From: Tubulanus polymorphus
Taxonomy: Eukaryota > Animalia > Nemertea
Length of the DNA stretch: 64,000 nt
Assembly: GCF_964204645.1 (NCBI RefSeq)
Contig: NC_134026.1
Location: 22,850,150-22,914,149 of the forward strand
Direction of reading: 5' to 3'
Position 1 is the first letter of the stretch, and each line of letters starts with the position of its first letter. The position numbers and the translations under genes are program-made. Below, in pieces: positions 27,201 through 39,600 of the stretch. The notes beneath the pieces were generated by a model that was not told the DNA's origin, did no database searches, and saw only the letters and a program-made list of their open reading frames with translations.

Positions 27201-30035
27201 GCAAGATCAAATACCAGATGGTGTCGGACCAGAATTTCCTGGCGCCGTTTATTTCTTGTAACCACCTGATGCCTGTGGCGGTGTTTTCCCTTTCGAAGTT
27301 TCGCTGCTTGATTGCCTTGCTGTCGTCTAGTTTACTTAAGTTGTTGATTGTACGCTTTGATTATGATTTTCTCCAGTGGTGATTGTAGTAGGTTTTTCCA
27401 TCGATCAGGCGAATAAATTCCTATATTCTGATAGGCTTATAAAATGTAATTATTCGTTCTTTTCGCTGTGTTAATGGGTCCTGTGGACTACTGATTGATA
27501 TGTAATTCTTGTATCCTCAAATCAGTATCTTAGATATCACTGAAATACTATTGTATGTATGCAATGTATATGTGTATGACTACTGTACTGTTTACCGTGA
27601 TTGTACTATGATTATCTTTGTCATATGAGATTATCTGACTTTAGACGAAATCATCATTCATGTTTTTATATCTGTTCATGAAGCGAGATGAATAGACAGA
27701 AAGAATTTATTTTTTTCATAGTATTCTCTTTTAACTATACTACCAACCCTGTTTGCCTTTATTGGGTTGGATTTACGGACCAGGGACCTGTTCCAGCGTA
27801 GCAATGTTCAATTAGACATGACATCGCAATTCTAATGAAACTTTAAGGAAGCTTTATGTCATCTGTGAAACAGTAGAATGATGATATTTTGATAATGGAT
27901 TAGGTCATAACTCGCAATTAGAAAAACATTAGCGCACAAAATGAATTTCGCCAGCACGTAAAATTTCAAGCGGATCGAGATTGTCGGGCGCTGTAACTAA
28001 TCACTTCGGTTATAAGCCTAGCATTGCCTTTGCTTGATGAAGCGAGAGTTATGGATAAAGACACGAATACATGTATGTCAATGAATCTGCGCAATAATCT
28101 AAGACAATAAGAACAACTTCGTCTAATCTTCAACCGACATACACCGCATGTGTCTCCATTTGTCTCCCGTATAATAAGACCAATCAATTAACCTCGATCA
28201 GGATTAATTACATCTGATTGGCTTCATAGTGTCCTAATTCATAATGACGTGCAAGGAAATTCTAGATGATACAATCACCTATTGATTGTATATAAGTCCT
28301 GTCTTATCGATTGGACACTATTCTATGTACGAATACGACTATGATTGAATAGAAGAATCCTCGCAGTATAAAGTCGACCTTACAGTAGACTGATTTCAGC
28401 TTAAACAAAGGAAACTGATAAGAATCATTTTTTACTGTGTTTCTTCTTGATTAAGTTGACAAAATTCTATATTTTGAATCTTTTCTCCCCAAAATGAATT
28501 AGCTGAATTTCATGGTTTCAATGCATTTTCAATTGTATTTTCTTGCTTGTGGTTGGTATTGTATAAAACGGATGCTATCGATCGACTCCTCGTTGTAATG
28601 CGTATACCGCGCATGTGATGACATCATGATTCGAGCTACGTCAATATGGATTCGCGCTGCATTTCTTCCGACAATGACATCAGTTCCACGGTATGCGCGG
28701 TACATCCAATATCTTGCAGCACCAGTGTTAATGCATTTCATCCCACTCGCGCTTCAGTCAAGCGTGGTTTCTTCCATATGTGACATCGTCATTATTCTGC
28801 CCATGCTGTCATTTCGCACTCGCTGAATCTGTATATGCATATTCAGATCATCCATTTTTATGCGACATTATCTGACTATTAATTAGCTGAAATTTGTTCT
28901 GTTTTCATATTTTACTGGAAATATTTCACCACACTGATCACTCAGTTGCAGTCATGAATGAAATTCAAATTATTTTATACCTGGGTCTTTGTAAGTTGGG
29001 CCATCTAAATCTAAGCCTTCACTGGCTCCAGATGATAGAATTGAATAGTGTCGTGCTGCAAAGATTATGATTATGAATTCATAAGTATTCGAAAAAATTC
29101 AGCTTCAAAAAACTTCTGTTCGAATGTTGATATCTGATATTTCCATCGTTCTACTAAACTATTTTTAGTATTCTGTCTATGATGTTGAAGTAAATTTGCC
29201 TCATTGATTTCGCAGTGCTTTAACTCGAAATTGTCTATTCAACGAGAATGTCCCAGTATTTGTATCAACATCATTCTGAGGACTGAGAGTTCAAGTTCTC
29301 ACTGAGTAGACAAATACTAATGAATATAATCTTAAACTGTACTTCCACTAGCAACAGTTATAGATTTTACTATTTGCCTATGATACTCAATTCCCTAGCT
29401 TACTTCAATGCATTATGCATATTTGAATTGAGTGATAGAGAACATCTTGCAATTTGTGTTATTTATTATTGCAAGATAAACAAATAAATGCAAAATTAGC
29501 AATAGTTTCGCTGACTGATCGAGTCAAGAAATAACATCATTTTTGTGATGCTTTTGTTGTTAACGTTTTTCTGTGGTTCGTCTTGCTCATTTTGGTCCCA
29601 GTGTTAATTTGTAATATGAAGCATTGATGTGAAGCATCCTCCAGTAATGGCAGCGATGTGCGGACTAAAAGATTTTTGAAATGCATTCCGAGGTTTCATT
29701 TACTATGAATAATGAGTATGTGGGCTTCAGTATATCCACCAATATTTGTTTTCTGGTTTCGAAAATGCTTAATGTATAAATCAACAATAGCAGGTTAGAT
29801 GTTTTGAAGGTACACTATATACTAGCTAATAAATCTGATACATTAGCATATAGTAACAGGATTATAGGAGTTGGCATCAGGCAGTTAATCTGGCATATCC
29901 CACAGTTTAGAATCAAGGGACTATAAGTTTAATTGTGTTTTATTGTACTTTTTAAGTGAGTAGAATTTATACATTTCAGTTTATTAAAATAGCTGCAATT
30001 GTATTTTGTCGCATTGTCTTTCATTAGATACAAAG

Positions 30036-30075
30036 AATTAATCACACGATCTCTTTCTTATATTTTCAGGTAAGC
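30036..30075 (+). other. Recursive splice site (ratchet point) candidate 1: TTTTCAG|GTAAGC
   Basis: Polypyrimidine tract ctctttcttatattttCAG (AG at 30068-69) directly followed by consensus donor GTAAGC; AG-free upstream zone; cryptic donor TTG|gtgagt at 30123/30124. Confidence 0.65.
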
Positions 30076-31365
30076 CTTTTTTAGGGTGGTGGTAATTTTC
30101 AGTTATGGATCAAACTTATTTTGGTGAGTTCGACGTATTTTTTGTGGTTGTTTCTAAAGCACTAGCGTTAGAAATTCTCTAAAACTTCAGAAAATGAGTG
30201 AGACGCATTCTTTTAGGAAAAGTCGAATCTTGAATTTTTAAATATTATATTTGTTTTGAACGAAGGCCGAGGTCCCTGATGCTATACAATTTCCTCAGAC
30301 GCTAATGTTCATTATACACAGGAATTTCTAGAATTTGTATGGTAACAAATAATATTTCAATAGATGGTACTATTTATAACATATCTGTATATATCATCAT
30401 TTTGTGAATTCACAATTCTCAGTCTATATTTTCCCAGCGATCTGGGGATGTTGTTGCGTGTGTGATAATGACTTCATGGTATTCACTTGAAGACTACTTC
30501 TTGACATAGATGATACGCACTACTGACACTTGTTGCATTTTCTCATCAAATTTTCATGCATACATACATTATACGCAGCCTTTCATTTCGTGTATAATCA
30601 TTAAGTGACAGCAGCTACATTGGTGAAATCTTGCATTTATCGTATGGTTCATTTGTATCCTAAACCATAGGATAAATAATAAACCAGTCAATATTAAAGG
30701 GTTAACGGATAAAATATCAGCCTGTGCCAATTCAAAAATAGGGGTCCAGGATCTTCAACCTTGAAAGTTGCCATAATCATTGAACATGTCAAGAGATATG
30801 ATTTTGCAATTTATTGCAACAAAACATGCATAGCCCTGATGCATAGGTACAAGTATAAGACAAACTGTATAAAAATCTTTAACTCCCCCTGGTGGTGAGA
30901 ACAAAAAAATTGATTATCCCAATTCCATGAAAGGAGATGTGTTGAATGACAATACTAACAGTTTTCAACCATAACCACTCCAGAGCTATAGACTCTTAAT
31001 TCAGGCCAAAAGTAAAGTTTTTGGGCATAAAAATGGGTCGCTCGGACACAAGATGGCAGTCCTGTGACCTTTCTTGTGCCCGATCGACCCGATCTTTTTC
31101 TAGATGACGGGACCTATATGATATATTCGGGGTTGAAATCATTGATTTCTGGTGAAGGTTATATATCAACCATGTACTGTGCTGGCTGGTGTATGTGATA
31201 CAAATATTAATTGACATTTGAAACAATCAATTGATTCTTAGGCTCCTGTATTGATATGAGGATAGCAGTATGTGATGATGGTACCTTTGGTACATGTACG
31301 TTATAGTCTATAACCAAAGATATGCTACTTTAGCTTATTTTCAAGAATGAGAAGGTTAGGTATTT

Positions 31366-31610
31366 GCCGCGATCATGCAAGCATTTAGCCCGTGCTAAAT
31401 TTGGTTGACCAAAAACGTTAGACCAGCCCCGAGCCAAATTTTGGGACGGGTTAAATCATTGCGTGTGATTTGCAATTGGTTCCGGAAGTGACTCACTTCA
31501 CTTTGTTTAAGCATTTAGTATCGACTGAGCGGTCTTTGCGTGCTAGATTTGACTCGGGCCTGATCTGTGCCATTTTAGCCCGGGTCAAACCGTGGCCATG
31601 TGATCGTGGC
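31366..31610. mobile_element. MITE family A copy
   Basis: Imperfect TIRs GCCGCGATCA...TGATCGTGGC; internal GCCC/GGCCAAATTT motifs shared with other copies. Confidence 0.65.
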
Positions 31611-34600
31611 TAATGGTAGTCAGCTTATGCAGTCAGCCTGATAAAACCTACATTCAGATCTACCAGGTATTCTTGCACCTGGCAGGAAGGCAAATAGACT
31701 GGCACCATTTTCTCACTTGCTGGTGACATTATCTATCTTTGTTGAAGTACCAAATATTGTATATAATTTCGCTGAAACTCGGCTTTTTTGGACTACGTAA
31801 TGGACTGGTTACAATCAGAATACCTCAATTGACAGATCATTCGGTCAAAATATATTCGAACCGAAAATTTCATATGGTATTAAATTTTGTGTATAAAATT
31901 CATTAATAAAAAAATATGGAAAAACTATGCGATAAAAGTCATCGGTTGTTGGGCTAATATTTAAGTAATAACATTTTCTGATTGTAAAAGGATGTTGAAA
32001 AAGTACTGTTTTCAATCTTTAAATAGAACTCAAGATTTGTCTTCGTGAAAAAATTACAAATATCTTTTCGGCTATCACAGTGTTTATCACTAACTCTTAA
32101 CAATAGCACAATACGTAGAATTCCCTCACTTTTGAATTTCAATTCATTTTCTCGTGAATCAATTAGCAGCAGTTGTATACGCAAGGTGGCGGCACTATCT
32201 GGCAATGCTAGATTTTGACAATTCAATTCAATCGATATCTTATTGTACAAAATTTGTAGATATGTCAAAAATAAATCTCGCAAGGAAATCGTAGGAAAAT
32301 GAGAATAATTTTACAACTTGACAGCGTAGTAGAATGATTCAAATTGATGACCCTTAATCCTCATCTAGCTGTTCCAAAAACAGTGTGATCGGTGATTGCT
32401 GCTGGGCCAAAACGGCACAAATACATCGATCAAGACAAGATCACAACTTAGATATCCCCCCCGGCCCATTTGGCAACTATATGTAAAAACAGATTTGAAT
32501 TTATTGAGTAAAATAGTGTCAGGTGCTCCCCATGGTGATAATATTTCAAGAAGCCTCTTTTAGGGTTTTAGGGGTAAGTTTTACATTTCAAATCAGTAAA
32601 TTATTGTAGAATGTACCTATGTATTTGTTATTTAAAACGAGTTCTCTATCTGGACACAAAAGGGAAATGTCAATGAAATGAAGGAGGATGTCATCAATTG
32701 TCGAGTGCATTTTGTGTAATTCTGTTTTCAAACTTCAGCTTATTTTCAGTATTTTCTTACAGTCAATCATGATAGATCGATAGATAGGTAATCAGCCATT
32801 CGTCATGATTTCTCTTGTCAGATCTATTAAGCTATTTTTACATCGATTCGATTGTTGCTCGATATCTGGTTGATGTCATCTGTCATTCGATGAGCTACAT
32901 GAATTGAAAACTCTTTGATTTTTTTTCAACCTGTTTTTCTATAGTAACTTAGGAACTATTTATCAAATGATGTGCAAGTTGTTGCTTAAGAGTATTGTCT
33001 TTTCGCTAATTACGGCTGGAAATAGTCCTCAGTAGTGGGAGTAATCTGATATATGATAAGCATCGCAGTACCCGCTTCTATTATGAGGTGCTGCCAATAT
33101 TTCAAGCTGTGGTAGATTTCTGAACTACTGCCTGCCGTATTCTTCCTAAGAATTTGCACGGATTCAGTCATCCCTATCTCTGCTCATTGCATTTCAGTTG
33201 GTATTGCCCTCAGTGACTTGTGGATTGTTTAGAAAGCATCTCATTTATAGATCCATGCTAATCCCAAGTGGGAAGTTGATTAGTTTACTGTTGGTAACCG
33301 AAATACTACTGAAAGATGTTACAGCGTAGCAAATGCAATTTTCCTCTACCTAGTCTTGATTTTTTTACCTAGGTTTTATTCCTTATTTTTTTTCTCAAAT
33401 CTTTTTCACATTTAAGAGCTTGAAGTGTGACCTCCTTGCTGATATATTATGCACTTCTTCACAATGGTCATGGTCTAGGTACCAATCATTCAATTTATCT
33501 CGGAAAATCCTGCAGTTATTGACTTTTTTGCACACTGGTCACGTCAATAAGTTCTTGTTGATAATGATTTATTCTATATGCATTTATAGATACTGGCACA
33601 TTTATTGCAGGGCTGAACATGAGGATTATGATGCCGAATTTATGTCTTTCCAGAATAACATTCCTTTTTGACATCCTCCCCTGGTAGTGTTCTTATTACT
33701 ACAGTTATATTTTTCTGATTATTGGCAAAACTGTCTTGTGAATAATGGTGCTTTTATCGTGGATGTGTTAAGATAAAGGCCTGGTTTCATGCTATATTTG
33801 TCATTTATATGCTATTAACCATATGCTATCACTGTATATCTTGGTACAAACAAATAGGTTTACAGCATTTAATATTTCAGGAACATCATTTTAAGTTATG
33901 TGCTCATTTTGTAGAATGCATTTTTGAATTGATGAGATGCACTTCGCAAATAAAAATGCCACGATATGAAAATCTAAAAAAAAAATGATTAAAAAAATAC
34001 CGAATTGATGAAATGTGAGAGTTGTTTTCAGTTAGAGTGTTATGCTGAACAGCAAACACTTATTGTATAAATGTTTCGTGTCATATCACATTTTATGAAC
34101 ATTTTGTGTTTTGAAAAATGGCCTTGTGCAAACACTTATTGTACATAATTCTCCAAAGGGAATTTAGATGTCTGGTTGAATTGCAACTGGCTAGCTAAAT
34201 AACTTCATTGAATTAGTTCTGCCAAATTACTTTATATCCAATGCTTTAGCTTTCGTTATCTATGCTGAACTGCGAGCATGTTCCTATTCAATTTCACCCC
34301 TGAGGATTCATTTTTTTGTCGAATCGACTGGAAACAGTGTTTCCTATAGCAACAGCCATTGTGTCTCAGGAGATGACTATCAGTTATATTCTATACAAAC
34401 TTATCTTTTTGTTCACATATAAACACCATGTATGTGCATATATATTTCAATAATGAGTTTTCGTATCTTTTGATTCATTACAACTTTTGTATGAGCATTT
34501 TTGCCTATGTATGTATGTATGTATGTATTGATGTGACCCAGGAAATATAAACAATTATAGGTAAAATGATAATATTCTACGAGCCTAACGACGAAGTATG

Positions 34601-36185
34601 TTTTATGTTTATCCTCAACAAGTTGAAATATATTATACTTCACATATTGTAAAATTCATTGTGGCTATGATCATGAGAATCATCGATGGTGAGAATTGAA
34701 GATTTTGTGTTCTTATGCTTGAACACTTATATCGCTTGAACGCTAAGATTTGCAGAAAGATGGCATCCTAGTATGTGGTGCACTTCTGCTGACGTTCACA
34801 TAATATCTTGGATGGTGACTGTCCCAGTGCGTTATGACTATACATCAAATATTCTTAGCTTTTTTATCTTTAGTCTTTAGTAGGTTTCTTTTTTTTACAT
34901 TTTTTTCACCGACGTCAGATCAAAGTCATTACGTATTTCATCATGTATCTGACCCCTTTTCTCTGGAGAATGCAATTGTTTCATATAAACTGCGGCTGTG
35001 TTTTCAGCCATCAGGCCCATTGCTATTCAGGCAATGCGTGTTCCTGTCAGAAAAATTGCATCACATAATTTGATGGTCACTATTAACGATTTTACAGTCT
35101 ACACAGGACCAATAAATGTATAGTTCCACAATTTTTACAGGACCACAATGAGCTATATATGATCATGAAGTGGCATTATTGATGAGAAACACAAAATGGT
35201 ATCCATCTCAACTATCGGCGACTTTCGAGTTGATAGTACATTTAATTAATGTCTTTTTGTCAACCAAAACTTAAAGGCAATAATGTATACTTCAAACTTG
35301 TTTGAACATTTTAAAATATTTTTCTATTGCGAGTTACAATGTTCTGTCATCCTGTATCATATTTGTTCTCACATTCGCGGTGTAAAAATCGATTGGTTAG
35401 CCATATTTAGTATTGAATAGTTTGCACTTGCTCGTTCGCTCACGCGCTTACCCTCTTCGATCCGATTTGTGCATTAAAAATACAGATCCGCCTGCCGCAT
35501 CGATGATAGTGCTGAATTATGCAAGACAGGTGTTCATATGAGTAGTATTGTAAAGTTAACGATTCTATAGGTGATGGCTCTGATACCGATCTGCTAGCTA
35601 GCAGGCGGTGCGCTTCTAGTAATCTCACGGTACTCGGGAGGTAGTCGCGAGTTCGTGGTGTGAGTGGTAAATTCAAATATACTCCGCATGTTCACTAACA
35701 CACACGTGTTCACTACGCATGCACTTGGCAGTCAATGTGTAATAATTGCTCGTCAAAACTGAAATTCTTCAGACTTTTTTTAATGGTTTTTGTCGCTGCA
35801 ACATCGAAGTCCTCATTAATTCAGGTTTTATCTCGTTGATGACTGACAAAGGATGATAACAATATTGGGAGTGAATAATTTACCAATTACTAAGGACGCG
35901 CTGTTGCGCCGGTTTCTAGTAGTACGAACATCATAGAATCTCGGTTTGATTTTTAGCGCAAAAAAGTGCAACCCGCAATATGCTCGCTTCAGTTTCATTG
36001 ACGATTGTCATCGGAGTCTAGATATTTTCTGTTACGAATTATGAATTTGTTTGAATTATAGAATCAGGATGACCACCGCTATATTCTAATTCACCGTGAA
36101 CAGCATCTGGTGTATGTAAATCGTGTGGTTTTATTGAATAGTTAGAATCCACGCAGAATTCAGTAAACTTGGTGACTGTATCGCT

Positions 36186-36253
36186 GATTGTGAATTGTTC
36201 TCTACTGAAATCTGGCTACGATTGTGAATTGTTCTCTACTGAAATCTGGCTAC
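36186..36253. repeat. Perfect 34-bp tandem duplication
   Basis: GATTGTGAATTGTTCTCTACTGAAATCTGGCTAC x2. Confidence 0.95.
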
Positions 36254-36377
36254 TCTTCGTGACTGGTTCTATTGTTTTAGCCTCATGTATTGTTACGCGA
36301 ATGTTGCTTAATGTATGTGTACCTAGTTGCCGGATGTACTTTGATATGAATGATACGATGACATTAGCCGTTAAATG

Positions 36378-36435
36378 ATAACAAGTCAATTGGATTATCG
36401 ATATAAATAACAAGTCAATTGGATTATCGATATAA
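36378..36435. repeat. Perfect 29-bp tandem duplication
   Basis: ATAACAAGTCAATTGGATTATCGATATAA x2. Confidence 0.95.
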
Positions 36436-36480
36436 AACGTGCAGTTTGATTACGCTTGAGTTGGAGACAATAAACACAAG

Positions 36481-36631
36481 ATGGATATGCTTGGAGGGGG
36501 TGGTGGAGGTGGGCCGGGAACGAAGAAGAAAAAGGAGGTATTGACCACTGGTATCCCCGTGTTGGATCGGTTTCGTGCCAAATACAAGTGCTGTTTCGTA
36601 GAGTGGGCTGTTCTCTGCTTTTGTGCGCCAG
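36481..36631 (+). CDS. Candidate alternative first coding exon MDMLGGGGGGGPGTKKKKEVLTTGIPVLDRFRAKYKCCFVEWAVLCFCAP
   Basis: AAGATGG Kozak context, GC-rich coding-like 50 codons, poly-Gly from mixed codons, phase-1 donor CAG|gtaaag. Confidence 0.7.
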
Positions 36632-39600
36632 GTAAAGTAACAAGTCTTGTTAATTGTGCTGATGCCTTCTGAGTACTTGCCATCGGTCAAGAATGACTTC
36701 AAACACTCTGATATTGAAATAGTCGTACGCATGTTTTATCATGTTATGTACATATGTACTTTCTTTATAATTGATCTCTATCTTTTATGAATTGATTTTT
36801 CTGAAAATATCATTAGATGTTTAGATGTTTTAGAAACGCTGTGAATGATTGCATCAGGCAGCGGGGTTCTAAACACCATATTGCTACTGTTCTAGTATTT
36901 GGATAGGGTGTCATCTGCTCATTAACTGGCAAGAATATCTCTGATTTGAATTGGTTACATACGATTCGTTTAGGAAGCATGGACTCTAAATCGTTTTACT
37001 AATAACGATGTCGTCGTACAAATATCCTGAAAACTCTAGAGAGAAAGTCAGTTGTATTGAATGGATCAATTGGCAGATAATGCATCATAGACAATGTGTT
37101 GTCCCATAAGAAGATATGTATTATTAAATGTACATCAATGATGGCAGTCGAGTTAGATTGGCAGAAAACTTGACAAATAGAATCTGAACACATAGCCAAT
37201 TTATGACAGATGTGCAGGTGACATATTTTATTGTTGAGAATATGCTTTATGATGAAAAAACTATTACCAAAGTCTCCACAATCCTTCCCCGTGGTCCCAC
37301 TGACAGTTTGCTGGATAAAGTTATATCAGGAGATACAAGAACTTCCTTTTACAAGAATTTCCTTTTATTGCTGTGCTGTGACAGCAAACGAGGAACATGA
37401 TATGTCATGAAGACGCTTATGAATTTTTGATGATATTGATAATGATAATTATACCTTGCGTAACAGGAAGCTTTCACACGCAATAGGGTTTCAAATGCCG
37501 CTTCAATTTTTGCTATAGTAGTTGCGCAGTCTGAATTCATTTTTCTGGGCATTTTTATTTTCAAATTTTTGGAAGCCTTTCAGTGATGCGCAGATCTATT
37601 TGTTACCTGTACACCATTTCAGCTGTTTGCGTTACTTCATTTTTTATCAGAAATGTTCATTTATAATCCATTCAGCTGATCAATTGACACAAATATTTAC
37701 ACGCAGGTCGACTGTACGGATATTTCGACCTGATGATATTTCGAACTGATGATCATACGATGTAGCACATGTCAATTTTGTATTTATACGTAAATTAAAA
37801 CATCTGCAGCTGAACAACTTAGCTTTCGAATGACAGCTACTATTTAAATACTATAGATACTTTTGGTCATGTGGATTGTGTACAAGTACTGATTTCCCAG
37901 TTTCAAGCCCCGCCCCAGGCTGTATGTTGCATTTTACCATTTCATTTCAATACTGAGAGTTGACAGCCATGCTGTTATGATTTTCTTTTGTTATTGCAAT
38001 ATCCGGTCGATTTGGTTTGGCTGTAATAGATCCGACTTTATTGATCTATTATGTCGTTAGTGCATTTGCCAACTTATGATAAATCATAAATATTAAAATC
38101 ATCTATACCAGCATTGGTGTTTATGGCACTGGTCAATTGTATATATGCCAAGCTATTAAAAGTTCTGGCACACAGTTTCCAAGGCCACAGTAATTCTCAG
38201 TTCCATCAGTAGATTAGTTGCAATGTGCACTGAATTTTTTATTGATGCATCACGGGCTTGATTAACTACATCCAAAATGTGAATACCAAGCAAATCTTTC
38301 AGAAAAATGCAAATGACACATATTGTTGCAATTCTGTGAATTTTCTGATTATCTTTCATTCATTCAGGAGTGAAGAATTTGTCACCGACCCCTTTGTATT
38401 TGCCACATTATAACAGTCTTCACAATCCGCCCCCAAGTACTTCAAAATCAAACACATTTACACATGTTTCTGTATCAGAATATATTGTAGAATATATCAT
38501 ATACTCATTATATTACACCAAATTCACATTCAGGAAATAGTGAAGAAAGGTTTTCGTTTCTTATGGGTAACAATTTGGGTGTTACCCATTGGATTATCGA
38601 TTTCATGGTGTTATATCGGACAGCAACTCTATTAAACCTCAACTGTACAGTATCGGAGATGCAATATGTGCTGCACATAGAAATCCCATTAGTCAAATTA
38701 TACAAAGCTCCATATTCAGTGGTGTGTCATCTTTGAAGAAATACAAGATTTCACGTTCGTACCTTGGAGGGATTATCATTGGACATTGATTGGACAGTCA
38801 TGGGAAATGTCCTTGCAACTGAAACTGGAGTATTCATTGACTCGAAGAAATCCTATCGTCTTCAATAACTATTCAGACCTGTCGCCTACCTATAGTGACA
38901 CCTGAACGTGATCTGCTATTATTTTGAAATGTGAACAAAATCATACAGGCTTCATTCCTCTCGGATAACTCATTGCCTACTAGAAGAGATGTACCATAAT
39001 TTTGTGAATGTCACATCAAAGTGTTTGTTTACAACGACGAAACACAATTTTGTAATTGTCAGGAAGGCTGATGTACAGCTTATTGATAAGTTACTCGGTT
39101 AGATACGTAATTTGTCATATATTACGTTGGAGAGTTTTCTCGTTATTTTTAACATATCTGTCATCATTTTAGTTACAGTGGCGCTTCATTTCTCTTTGTT
39201 AGCTCTGATCATGACGTTGAAGTGACGGATCGTTACCGAGGTTATTTCGATGAATTAATCCATTTCATTTGCTGCCAGTATGAATGAAAACATTGAAAGA
39301 CAGTCACTGACTGGTTGTCAGGTGTAGTTGGGGTTTAATCGGTGTAACACATCGTTGTAACTTTTGCAGATTGTTTGGTTATAATGATATGCTATTAAGA
39401 GATTATGCAGGGGATAATCTTATATTTGGTTGTTATTGAGATACACTTCATACAGTGTGCGCCGTTCCCTGGAGACCTTGTTGAGTGTGATACAGCCTGA
39501 AATTCTTGAAGAATTTTTTCAACCTGGAGGATTGTGACAGGTGGTATGTCCACCACAGGGTGGCCATCTTGAATTTCTTGTTAGTATGATACAACCCGCA

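Noticed and set aside
31954-32283. 109-aa minus-strand ORF and the other 60-100 aa ORFs in the track
   Set aside because: Mostly non-ATG starts, AT-biased composition and no domains; consistent with chance ORFs in intronic DNA
33595-33671. Acceptor tttattgcag followed by AEHEDYDAEFMSFQNNIPF*
   Set aside because: Short, ends in a stop, no homology; cannot be distinguished from chance
38345-38540. Good acceptor (ctgat...cattcag) with an open phase-1 frame
   Set aside because: No convincing donor and no recognisable protein; left unannotated
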